DNA of 64,000 nt from Ruditapes philippinarum. Its lineage: Eukaryota. This document shows positions 11,201 to 22,330 of the stretch, one piece after another; positions within the stretch are counted from its first letter, which is position 1, and each line of letters starts with the position of its first letter. The notes beneath the pieces are model-generated. The model was not told the DNA's origin. It ran no database searches and saw nothing but the letters and a program-made list of their open reading frames with translations. The stretch lies in the NCBI RefSeq assembly GCF_026571515.1, contig NW_026861498.1, forward strand, positions 62,001 to 126,000. Reading direction: 5' to 3'. Both the position numbers and the translations under genes were made by a program.

Positions 11201-14200
11201 AGGATAAATTTCCTCTGAAGTAGATAATAAGAAGTTTTCATATCTTGATGAAGCTATTAAGTTTTGAGTCTTGGTTAGAAGCTGTAAATTCGCGAGTGTA
11301 TGTTAAATATGAAATATTAATTCATTTACACATACAAAACTACAATTATGAACGCACTGTAAAAAGGTAAAAGGTTTAAAATAATATTATTGATTGTAAC
11401 AGTCATTTTTATATGCCGGAAAGAATTTCGGGCATATTATGATATATACCCCCTGAAGTCCGTCTGTCTGTCCGTCCGCACTCACAGGAGAGTAATTATG
11501 TGGCTAGAGGGACAATAGGTAACTGTTCTTTCTCTTTGATGTCATTCATTCCGTAATGCTTTTATGTGGCTATTTTCTTTTGTGTGGCTAAAAAGAACAA
11601 TAGAGAGAACAATAGAATAGCCACATAATTACTGTCCTGTGAGAACTTCCGTCCGTCCGTCCCTCCGTTAGCAATTTGGTTTCCGGAGCATAACTTAAGT
11701 TCCATTTGGCCCACATTATTCAAACTTCATAGGATGATTGTCCATATTGGGTAGAAGACCCCTATTGCTTTTGGGATCACAAAGTCAAAGGTCAAGGTCA
11801 CTATAAATTAATACTGAAATCAGTTTCCGGAGCATAACTTGAGTTCCATTTATCCCACAATATTCAAACTTCATAGGATGATTGTCCATATTGGGTGGAA
11901 GACCTCTATTTGTTTTGGAATTACAAGGTCAAGGTCACTATTACCTTTAAACTGAAAACAATTTCCGGAGCATAACTTAAGTTCCATTTGGCCCACAATA
12001 TTCAAACTTCATAGGATGATTGTCAATATTGGGTAGAAGACCCCTATTGATTTTGGTGTCACAAGGTGAAAGGTCAAGGTCACTATTACCTTACAACTGA
12101 AAACAGTTTCCGGAGCATAATTTAAGTTCCTTTTGTCTCAAAATATTCAAACTTTATAGGATGATTGTCCTTATTAGATATAAGACTCCTATTAATTTGG
12201 GGGTCACAAGGTCAAAGGTCAAGGTCAGTATTACCTTGAAACTGAAAACAGTTTCCGCTGAATAACTTAAGTATTAATCAACCTACAGCTGTAAAATTTT
12301 AAAGGATGAACAGTCCAATACATGACCTCTATTGATTTTAGGGTCATAAGGTCAAAGGTCAGGGTCACAATGATCTTTACATTGAAAATTTGTGGTTGCT
12401 GGAGAATAACTTAAGTTCCATTTGGCTCACAGTGTTCGAACTTCATAGGATGATTTTCAATATTTGGTATAAGACCCCTATAGATTTTGGGGTCACAATG
12501 CCAAAGGTCACTATTGCCTTAAAACTGAAAACAGTTTCCGCTGTAAATTTTAAAGGATGAACAACCATGTCCAATATTTCCATCCGTCGTAGCATTTTGA
12601 CTTACAAGATAACAACTTGATGGTGGTGCTTTAGAAACAGCAACTGTATTTATATGAAGGTTCTTCAGCTATAAAGGAGGATTGCTTTTTGAAGGAGGTA
12701 ATACTTAATTTAATTTTCCCATGTCTTACAAATGCTTCATCCTTACTAAAAAAACACTTTCAGGCATATAATGCTCCGCCTAGCGGTGCTCTTGTTAGAC
12801 TTGTTTGGCTTGACCTTATAGGGTGATACGTTCCGTGAACAGTGATCTCCATTTTGAACTTTTCTTTTTATTTATATTCTATTCTTGTATTTGTAAATTT
12901 CATGGAACGAAATTAATAGTTACTAAAACAGATATGACTCATACTTCAATCAAATCGAGCCTGCAACATTTACCACTTTGCCGTGTTTGGGCGTTCTAGA
13001 AGGATACTTTATTTTCCTTTTTTATACCTTGATTAGGTATTATTCATAAAGCATCGACTTATGAATTCCTTTAGTGAATATCATACCTTGACAATTACCT
13101 ATTACACTGATAAATATTTATATATATCGCAGAATGTGAAAACATGGTTGTCATTCCCCATGGAGATATGGTACTTCATGACGATGAGAACACAAGCGAA
13201 GGTGCCCTTGCTAATATAACTTGTGACGATGGATATGATTCAGACAAACCCACCATTGAATGCTTGAACAATGGAAAATGGGAAAATGCTACATGTCATC
13301 CAAAAGGTTTTTGTCATTTTACCTTGATAATTGTTATAGACCTTTAAACAATGCCTTTATTATTATCACAATCAAGCTTCTTTTTTGTTACACATATCTG
13401 AATGACTGCCCGCTGCCCTTGATTAGAATGATAAAAACCTACTGGTCTGTTCTTACACTATTAACATACTACGGCATTTGTGCCGTATTTAATTTCTAGT
13501 TAACATGGACGGTATCGTAAATATTTATTAATGTAATTACGTATTAAATATCGGGAAATATCATTGGTGCCATCCATGGATACGTCTATGAATTCTGGTA
13601 TGAAGTGTTTACCTTAGGACTGTCACTATTTAGTTTTTCCCTCCTATAGCAACATAATAGTTGGAGTTTAATCGGTCATCAAACGTGCTTATTACGCTTA
13701 TGCTTAACGTCATTCAAATTAAAGCGATGCTGCTGCTTTCGAATTGTAAAAATCTACAGTTATATATACGTTCCAGATTGTGGAAATGTATCAGCCATAT
13801 CAAATGGCAAGTATGAACTGAAAGACGAGGCCAATACAACATTTGGTGCTATGGCGACTGTAACATGTGTTAAAGGATATGAGTCGGACACTAATATAAT
13901 CACATGTTTAGATAATGGACAGTGGTCCGATTCCACGTGCACTGCTAAAGGTTAGTGGTTATTTGCTAAATTAAATAATAAATGTTCGACTACGTTACAA
14001 TTTATTGCAATGTGCTTTCTGTTACTTTGTTCTTGTGACCTTTGTTTTATTAAGTTAAAATGAATTGAACGATCGTGCACTGGTTAACAAATATATGTTT
14101 TACATTATAAAGTTTACAGTTACCTTTGCATGAAGATACCGATAGAGTGACCCATTTTAAAAGACGGTAGAAGATTTCTAACAAAAATCATATATTTCTT

Positions 14201-17200
14201 AATTTTAAGTTTCGGATTTAAAAATGAATTGCGGCATTTATAATTATAAAGTGTAAATCACCACACACGATGACAAACATGTCATACTCATTTGAAATAG
14301 ATGATTTTTTTTTAATTTCAAACATTAAGGAGTATAAAGGAAAACAATAATGACTTCTATCTGATTAGTTGATATAAAGTTGTGTATATTCAAGATTGTG
14401 GCAATGTCTCTGCGTTATCAAATGGCATATATGTGCTAGACGACGAAGGCAATACAACATTTGGCGCTGTTGCGATTGTGATATGTGACAAAGGATATGA
14501 ATCTGATAGTAATATCATCATGTGTTTAGATGTAGGTCAGTGGTCAAACTCGTCATGCACAGTCAATGGTAAGCAATTATTACGATCATTTTTGGAATTG
14601 CTGATAATATTATTATTCATATATAATTCAATATAACCTTTTACTTGCGATGACAGAATAAAACACGGCTACAATAAATTTGATCGTTCAACATTGATTA
14701 ATGCAAATATGCATGAAACTTTACAAACAAATGGTGATATGCCTTTAAAACGCAGTTGCTTGCGATGCTATTAGAAATGGCAAGCATGAGTGAAAAGTAA
14801 TAACTAAGAAAATCGTAAAGTTTTATTGCTTTTAAATGTTTATAACGCTTTATGCACCCGGCGATGGTGGCAATGAGAGCAATGTTACATTAAGAAGCAG
14901 TATAACAAAATTTTGGTTTAGGTTATATCACTTAAGTGATATGAAAACAACAAAAAAGTACAAACTTTATCGCCGCAGTTTGATCGTGTCTGTTCATAAA
15001 ATACTGCTTGTCTCGACCTATGCATGAATCAACAGACAATGGTATGCACATTTCTGTTTAAATGAACAAATCTGTGTTTGCATTTTCAAGATTGTGGAAA
15101 CATCTCTACTATATTACACGGCAAAATTGTACTGAAAGACAAGGCCAATACAACGTTCGGTGCCATGGCAACTGTGATATGTGACAAAGGATACGAATCC
15201 GTCAGAAACAATATCACATGTTTAGATAACGGACAGTGGTCTAGTGCATTATGTTCTGCCAAAGGTGAATACATTGACGAAAATGAAATGAATGTTTTCT
15301 AAATCAGAGACAAATATAATATTTCTTAAGAGGTTATAAAAAAATAGCGATAGCATCTAGTGTTTTCAAGTTATGGAACCGGAATTTATATACGTGACTT
15401 GGAAATGACATTAACAAATTAGATCTCCTTAATTTGTACTTAAAAAAGAACTAATGTCTGGCTTAAGTACAAGAAACATAGCTAAATTATATAGAAATAT
15501 TGATCAATAAACCATTCAGAGATTGTTCATACATTAAGTAGAATGATTGATTAAGTTAAAACCATTTTTTATCAAAATATTTACACAGCAACGCTTGATT
15601 TCATAAATGGATCATTTCTAAACGCTACAATATTTAATTTAACACTATTTTGCATGTCCTTATTATCATTCTACCGGAAATCAAGTTAAAACCTATTGTC
15701 ACATGTTTTCAAGATTGTGGTAGTGTCTCAGCTATATCGAATGGCAAGTATGTCTTGGAAAACGAGGACAATACAACTTTTGGTGCTATGGCAACTGTGA
15801 TATGTGACGAAGGATATGAGTCCGACAGTAACGCTATAACGTGTTTAGAAAATGGTCAGTGGTCGAGGGCATTATGCTCTGCCAAAGGTAAATAAAATGA
15901 CGAAAATGTAATGAATATTTTACTAAAACTATGACAGTGACAATTTCATCATGTCTTAATAAGCTATAATAAATCGCGCTTTAAGAGATAACATCTTTTA
16001 AGTTTATGAACCGGAATTTATATACGTGGCTTGGAAATGACGTGAACACACTAGATATCCTTGATTTGAATTAGGAAAAAATACTATTAGGTAAATTATT
16101 CGGAACTGTTTATATAGTAAATGAAATAATTGATTACGTTTAAACCATTTTGTAGCAAAATGTATACACATCAACAATATGTTTTCATAAATGGATAATT
16201 TCTAAACGCTAAAATATAAATACTATTTTGCATGTCCTTATAATCAATCTACCGGAAATCATGTTCAAAACTATTGGATTATTTATAATGTCACATGTTT
16301 TCAAGATTGTGGCAGTGTCTCAATTATATCAAATGGTAAGTATGTCTTGGAAAACGAGGACAATACAAGTGTATTCATACTATAAGCAGGTCAATAAACT
16401 ATTGTGAATTATTACAACGTTATATGTTTTCAAGATTGTGGCATTGTCCCAACTATATCAAATGGCCGATATACTCTGGAAGACGAGGGTGTAACAACAT
16501 TTGGTGCCATGGCAACTGTGATATGTGATGAGGGATATGAGTCCGACAGTAACGCTATCACGTGTTTAGAAAATGGTCAATGGTCGAGTGTAATATGTAC
16601 TGTCAAAGGTAAACACTATGTTTTATTTTCATTCGATATAGATTTCTTAATAAATGCTGTTTAAAGTTGAGAAAATATGTGCAAATGTTTGACTTGATGA
16701 ATGTCACAGACATAATTGCAGTTTTCTTTTCATATGAAATCAAACATACTTAATGGAACAAAAGTAAGTTTAAATTTATTATTCGGTCATTTATACATGA
16801 AATATACATGCACCACGTTTAACAAATTAATGTATAAAGTAAGGCAAATGTTATATATTATTGATATTATTAAATTCACTTGCAGTATTATTTACACTAT
16901 GTCGTCAATATGTTAATAAATGAATATCATAAAAATGATTATGTATACAAATATGTATATTACCGTAGTTCTTTTGATAAATGCATAAGAAAACGCAAAT
17001 ACTATCCGGAATCTGCTTCAAAATAGTTTGATTTGTTCACCATAAAAAAAACAACTGATAAAAGATTACGCAGCATAGGTTATTTTTCATATAATTTTAA
17101 TTCACATACTAGTGTATTAGCACGTCAATAAACTATTGTGAATTATTACAACGTTATATGTTTTCAAGATTGTGGCATTGTCCCAACTATATCAAATGGC

Positions 17201-20200
17201 CGATATATTCTGGAAGACGAGGGTGTAACAACATTTGGTGCCATGGCAACTGTGACTTGTGACGAGGGATATGACCCCGACAATAACACTATCACGTGTT
17301 TAGGAAATGGTCAGTGGTCGAGTACATTATGTACGATCAAAGGTAAACGATATTGACTTTTAAATTAGATTTATATAAAATTAGTGTTAGATATCTTAAC
17401 AATTAAAGTTATACTATTGTCATATTAAATAAATGAATTAAATTAAACATAATAACATTCTTATTATGTTTTCATTTATAAGCAATTGGCAAATATTTAC
17501 CTTACAATACAAAACCTTTATAGATTAAGACAAAATAACAAAAACAAAACACTTTTGGACATCTTTTAATGTTATAGATTGTGGAAATGTACACCAAATT
17601 GGTTTTGGTACAGTAACACTTTCATCTAGTGTTACAACCTTTGGAGCTGTCGCTACTGTAGCTTGTGAAACTGGTTATACCGCATCTCTTTCCACTGTAG
17701 AATGTCTTAGTACAGGAAAATGGGAGGCGGCTACATGCAATATTATAGGTGTGTTTTGATTACTGTTTATATTTTAAATTCCACTGATTTACCTTTGTAT
17801 GTCTAATTGAATGTAAGTTAACGGGGGACTTACAAACGTTTCAATTGTGTTCTGTTGGGTGAACCATACGGTTTAGACTTTGACTATTTAATATCAAAAT
17901 TGAAAGGTAAAGAAAAGGGTATTTATAAAGAGATTCCACTATACATTCATGCCGATAAGTGTTCACATTATGCTAACATATTTTTATAATGATCTTCTTA
18001 ATGACTAATCTTTGCACTATATGTATATAAAAATAGTAAGTGTATATTTAATGAAATTATATTATTAAGCCAAAATCTTAAACGCTGGTCACAGTTACAT
18101 GTATATACACATACTTGTAATCTACATCAAGCATATTTGCACAGTCACATTTTTTTAGCCATTCTTTAAACGTTTGAAGAATATTATTTGTATATGAATT
18201 GCTTCAGATTGTGGAAGTTTATACCAAATTGATAATGGTACAGTGTCCCTTTCATCGATTTCATCGACTGTAACAACGTATGGGACTGTCGCTACTGTAA
18301 CGTGTGATGCTGGTTTTAATGCGTCCCAATTAGCTATACAATGTCTAAGCACAGGGAAGTGGCAAGTTGCAACATGCAATAAAAAAGGTTGGTTGCTGAG
18401 ATTTTTGGGAATACACAATACCATAGTTTATCTGCGTTTAGATAAAAAAAAATCTTGTTTTGGGGGATGATCATGCCTTTATACCTCAGTGAAGGTCCTT
18501 TTACGTTGTTTTTTTATGATTTTGGTCTACATCACATAAACCAATACGATAAAGGTAATCGTGACCGCCTTCATCTTCTCTATTACGATAAGAACATTTA
18601 GTTTACATTGTGTTCACTTGTGTTACATTCGAACTGCTGTTACATAAGTTAAGAACTCTGTTCGTTTGATTTATATATTTAATACACAATTTCTTTTATT
18701 TTGTTGAAGTATTTAATCTCTAGCAGTTGTTACTTACTATCAGTGCTGGAGTGGATTTCTGTTCCTTACGTTGTAAAGACAGTTTGAGTTTTGTTTGCCT
18801 TGACATTTTTTAATTGTTTAATTTCAATTTCAATATTTGGAATAATATCAAAAATCATCTGTACATATGATTAAATATTTTTTTTTAAAATTCTATTAAG
18901 ACATGTTTCAAAGAAGATCGAATATGCGATATGATTGCTAAATGTCTAGATATTTATGTTAATTTTTGGAACCATAATATCTCATGCTACACAATGTAAT
19001 GTATAGACTTGAAGCACTGTTTGAGTAGAGATTACACTTTCAGCAAGATGCCAAAATAGCTCTCATGATCTGGTACACTAAATGTTTTATCAATAGCATG
19101 AATTATACAACTGATGTATATCCTATTAAAGATTGCGGAGAGCCAGTGATTCAGTATGGCAGTGCTACATTAAAAGAAGTTTCAATATCAACTTTTGGTT
19201 CCGCGGCAGAAATCAAATGTCAAGAGGGATATCAACCGAAGAAAACGACAATAAAATGTGAAGAAACAGGCTTATGGGAAAGCAGTGCTTGCGAATATAT
19301 TTCAGGTTATTTTTGAACATTATTTGTTTAGTATTGTTTTTGAGAAAAAATATTTCAAAAGAAGCATTTTAATATTATGTATTAATCTGAGAACACATCT
19401 TGTATCATTGCTAATGCTGCAGAAAGAGAACAAATATTTAAAGTATAATTATATTGTTATTATATTTCAGACAAGGGGAACGGCAGTACTATCGCAATAG
19501 CAATAATTGTATCGGCGTTGTTGATTGTAAGCATTGTAATTGTTGGTCTTGTCTACAAGAAACGGCAAAATCGGGGAAATATGTTTATAGATGGACAAAA
19601 TACTAATAACATTAGGGTATGCATTTGAATCAGCAGGAATACAAGCTAATAGCTAAGTCATATTAAATGTACAGAGTCAAATATATTCAGCAAATTTCAT
19701 TGTTTAGGATGTAAGTCTATATGACCGTAATCACTAGGCAAAAGTTATAAGACAAAATATCGTTAACATAAGGAGAGATACCGGTACATAGATATCCGAA
19801 ATGCTTTTTTATGACGAAATATAAAAACTTCGAAAAAGGTTTCATAAACATGCAGCAATAGCTGTGTAAATACATTAATGACGGTTGTCACAATAATCGT
19901 CCTTACATTCTGCATTTCCTATACTATACTATACTATACTATAATGCCTTAAGCCTAAAAGAAACTTAGTTTGCCTTAATACTCAAGTAATGCTTATTAA
20001 ACGAGTACTTGCACCAGTCATTAGATTTACAGTTTATATCTAGATATACTCGTATCTATCTTTATATGAATTGACACAAATATGAGTAAAGAAATAAGAA
20101 ACTCTTATCAATATTACTTTCCAACTTTGTATCAATATTTTACAGAATGACCGTGTGTATTTCAAACCTACAGATGCTCTAGAAGATGAAGAAAGACATT

Positions 20201-20859
20201 ATACAAATCTAAGTTTTAAAAACAAAACAGAAAATCCTTATGACGAATCTCTGGTAAAAGACGAAGGTGTCATCGACATGAAAAGCTTTCAAAATACGGT
20301 AATACCTCTCAAAGATTTAGATATAAATTTTTGTGTTACGGATGAGGTAGAGGAACAACGTCAAGACGCGAATATATCAAATGATGTTTGGAAGGATGGT
20401 GATCCTAAAGAGGACGAAAAGGTTCAAGAGCCTTGTGAAACAACTGAGGTTAATAAGGATGATCCAAATGGAGAGGTAAAGAATCTGGAATCCAGTGATA
20501 AAACAAGCAAGGAAGAGAATGATGTGAAAGGCGATATGTCTAAAGGAGCAAATGAATCTAGTGAGATAAGTGAACATAAACAGGAAGAACAAAATCAAGA
20601 GTCGAAGAATGAAACTTGCAGTTTAAACAGAAAAATCGATCTAGGGGATGATGTGAAAGGCGATTTGTCTAAAGGAGCAAATGAATCTAGTGAGATAAGT
20701 GTAAAGAAACAGGAAGAACATGAACAGAAACAGGACGAACAAAATCAAGAGTCGAAGAATGAAACTTGCAGTTTAGACAGGAAAAGCGATCTAGGGGATG
20801 ATGACGACGGTGAAGAGTATTGCCCCACAAGTGATGAAGGTGAAATTGACGATCCATAA
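8220..20859 (+). CDS. Gene 2 (complete): signal peptide, SUEL-type lectin-like, CUB-like, 10x Sushi/CCP, TM, acidic cytoplasmic tail (about 1139 aa)
   Basis: Exons 8220-8280 (SP), 8712-9032 (lectin-like), 10074-10445 (CUB-like), 11122-11184 (linker), CCP 13133-13306, 13777-13950, 14395-14568, 15091-15264, 15714-15887, 16435-16608, 17169-17342, 17578-17748, 18208-18387, 19132-19305, TM 19471-19616, tail 20146-20859. All introns GT-AG; summed length 3420 nt including the stop. Confidence 0.9.
8551..8678. mobile_element. Internally deleted copy of the 7602-7832 MITE (gene 2 intron 1)
   Basis: TTGAGCCGCGTCACGACAAAACCAACATAATGGGTTTGCG..CGCAAACGCACTATGTTGGTTTTGTGATG. Confidence 0.75.
8712..9032 (+). 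CDS. Gene 2 SUEL/rhamnose-binding-lectin-like domain exon (divergent)
   Basis: C..ITC..IAIES..Y..C..CC..IRRNCSGKSSC..FG..PSYVVLKYYC resembles the SUEL cysteine and hydrophobic scaffold; donor A|gtaaga. Confidence 0.75.
9008..9678 (+). repeat. ~333-bp tandem duplication of the lectin-exon 3' end plus intron start
   Basis: GTGCTGAAATATTACTGTATACCTAGTAAGACTAAGCAA at 9008 and 9341, with colinear downstream sequence. Confidence 0.9.
10074..10445 (+). CDS. Gene 2 CUB-like domain exon
   Basis: C..LYLTNENYP..CSCSIEV..ITLSMFDVDF..C..IEL..LC..TSHYLKIDF..GHFFVGF matches the CUB layout (SPNYP, CxWxI, IxLxF, C..L.I, C, L.I.F, GF). Confidence 0.72.
11122..11184 (+). CDS. Gene 2 63-nt Cys linker exon
   Basis: ttcag|CATCTG..CTTC|gtaagt; SEENVSFSLRCPYQRETICL; homologous to gene 3 exon 33839-33898. 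Confidence 0.82.
11405..12797 (+). mobile_element. Second HINE-like element with ~140-148-bp tandem array
   Basis: 5' T-tract with TATATGCC/GGCATAT IR, (GTCC/GTCT)n, about 6 units carrying TTTCCGGAGCATAACTT..GGTCAAAGGTCAAGGTCA, and a 3' end GGCATATA plus hairpin GCTCCGCCTAGCGGTGC plus TCTTGTT. Confidence 0.8.
11481..11643. mobile_element. 163-bp MITE nested in the HINE microsatellite
   Basis: 26-bp near-perfect TIR CTCACAGGAGAGTAATTATGTGGCTA / TAGCCACATAATTACTGTCCTGTGAG. Confidence 0.75.
13133..19305 (+). CDS. Gene 2 array of 10 single-exon Sushi/CCP modules
   Basis: Ten exons of 171-180 nt, all phase 1-1, with the four-Cys plus Trp CCP signature. Confidence 0.92.
16306..16368 (+). pseudogene. 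Truncated CCP exon copy (possible 30-nt micro-exon 16306-16335)
   Basis: Copy of the 5' third of exon 15714-15887 with an intact acceptor (catgttttcaag|ATTGTGGCAGTG). Homology stops after NEDNT. Contains an internal G|GTAAGT. Confidence 0.8.
19471..19616 (+). CDS. Gene 2 transmembrane exon
   Basis: DKGNGSTIAIAIIVSALLIVSIVIVGLVYKKRQNRG...; hydrophobic helix followed by a KKR stop-transfer signal; phase 1-0. Confidence 0.9.
20146..20859 (+). CDS. Gene 2 terminal exon: acidic, low-complexity cytoplasmic tail with internal duplication
   Basis: ttacag|AATGAC; in frame with the 234-aa ORF 20155-20859. Tyr motifs YTNL and ENPYDE. DVKGD[ML]SKGANESSEIS..EQNQESKNETCSL.RK.DLGDD occurs twice. Confidence 0.88.
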   Translation, partial: NDRVYFKPTDALEDEERHYTNLSFKNKTENPYDESLVKDEGVIDMKSFQNTVIPLKDLDINFCVTDEVEEQRQDANISNDVWKDGDPKEDEKVQEPCETTEVNKDDPNGEVKNLESSDKTSKEENDVKGDMSKGANESSEISEHKQEEQNQESKNETCSLNRKIDLGDDVKGDLSKGANESSEISVKKQEEHEQKQDEQNQESKNETCSLDRKSDLGDDDDGEEYCPTSDEGEIDDP

Positions 20860-21659
20860 GTCAGCAGTTGGGTTAAACTCAATAATAAATTAGCAATACA
20901 GGTAACCAGATATTAGACAAACAAAATAAAAATCTGGTTAGAGGCGGGAGCAGAATGTGCTGGGTACAAACAGAAAACAGTTGGTTATCATGTATTCCGT
21001 TGAAATGTCAAAAATTAAGATTTAGGAAAGACCTTAACAAATTTATGAAGAAATTTGTACAAAAAGCATGGAAAACAATTTTAGTACCCTTTTTGATTCA
21101 TAACTGTTACATATAATTGTTTATCTTATTTTATATTTTCATGAACTAATTTAAATGCTTCATTATTCATGTATGTTATGTGAAGAATGTTTTTAATTCG
21201 ACATGACAGTTCCTTCTCTTATATGCAATTTCTTAAACTTCTGATGTCTGTATAAATGATGTATGAATGGTAAAAATGAAACAATGTTTAAAGATTTAAT
21301 CGCAATTTCTAACTTTTCAACTTTGTAAAACTTTCCAACTTTATATTTCTTTCAGCTTACTGATCCAATATAAATTATCTTTATTCATGACAAAATGCTT
21401 TTGTTAACGCATTCCATGAAAACACCTCAAAATGTAGGCTTCCGAAAGAATTTTTGAGGAACCTAACAATAAATTATTAAAGTGTTACATACTATATCAT
21501 ATTAAATTTGATCCTCTACTGCTGTATTTCCTTCTTATTATACAAATACATAGTGTGTTTCGTCATGATGTTTTAAAAGGAGCTCCACTTTGGTTAAAAA
21601 TCTCCCCTACGAAGCATGAATTACAACAAAATGGAAATTTTGGACTTGATTCAATTGAG

Positions 21660-22330
21660 TGTGTACATGAGGGGTTATGACAAAGTACATCACCCTCACG
21701 CCCCCTAGCACCGGCTTGATAAATTTTCAATACTTAAAAGTGTTGGAATCAATAATCCCGAAGGAACAGAAAAATGTAGCATCACTGAAGTGATGTAAGG
21801 GGCAACATTTTACACCTGCCACACAGCGATTGACACTGCTGTTGTGAAGCATAAAAATCTGGACAAAGTGTGATTCCTCGGAAGCATTTATCACAACAAA
21901 TGACATCTTTGCATCGCATCTTTACATGAGGGATAATGACAAAGTACAACATCCCTTACGCCCCCTATTACTTGCTTAAGCGGTACTAAATTTTCAACAT
22001 TTTAAAGTGTTGGACTCAATGATCCCTAAATACCAGGATAAAATAACATCACTAAAGAGAAGTACGGGGTAACTTTTTACAGCTGCCATACAGCAATTGG
22101 CACTTCTGTTGTGAAGTATAAAAATCTGGACAAAGTGTGACTCCTCAGAAGCATTTATCACAATAAAATACCATGAAAAATGCAAGTTTACATTAGGGTC
22201 AATGACAAAGTGCAACATCGCTCAAGCCCCCCCCCCCATTAGCACCGGCTTGAGCGGTACCCAATTTTCAAAACTTAAAAGTGTTGGTATCAATAATGCC
22301 GAAGGACAAAAAATATAACAACACTGAGCC
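21660..22330 (+). repeat. ~260-bp tandem repeats of a dispersed family
   Basis: TACATGAGGG..TGACAAAGT..CCCCCTAGCACCGGCTTGA..AAAAGTGTTGG at about 21664, 21923 and 22189; another copy at 32527-32700; reverse-strand relatives at about 46330-46435, 54140-54330 and 62935-63060. Confidence 0.8.

Noticed and set aside
12947-13015. Motif CGAGCCTGCAACATT..GTTGGGC in intron 4 of both gene 2 and gene 3 (34529-34590), suggesting a conserved enhancer
   Set aside because: The same motif occurs at about 54265 and 63020 as part of a dispersed repeat, and the gene 3 copy lies inside a TIR element. A transposon fragment is the simpler explanation.
20209-20253. Canonical ITAM/ITIM or NPxY in the gene 2 tail
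   Set aside because: YTNL is followed by YDES, which lacks the second L/I and has atypical spacing; there is no hydrophobic residue at Y-2; NPY is not NPxY. Reported only as Tyr motifs.
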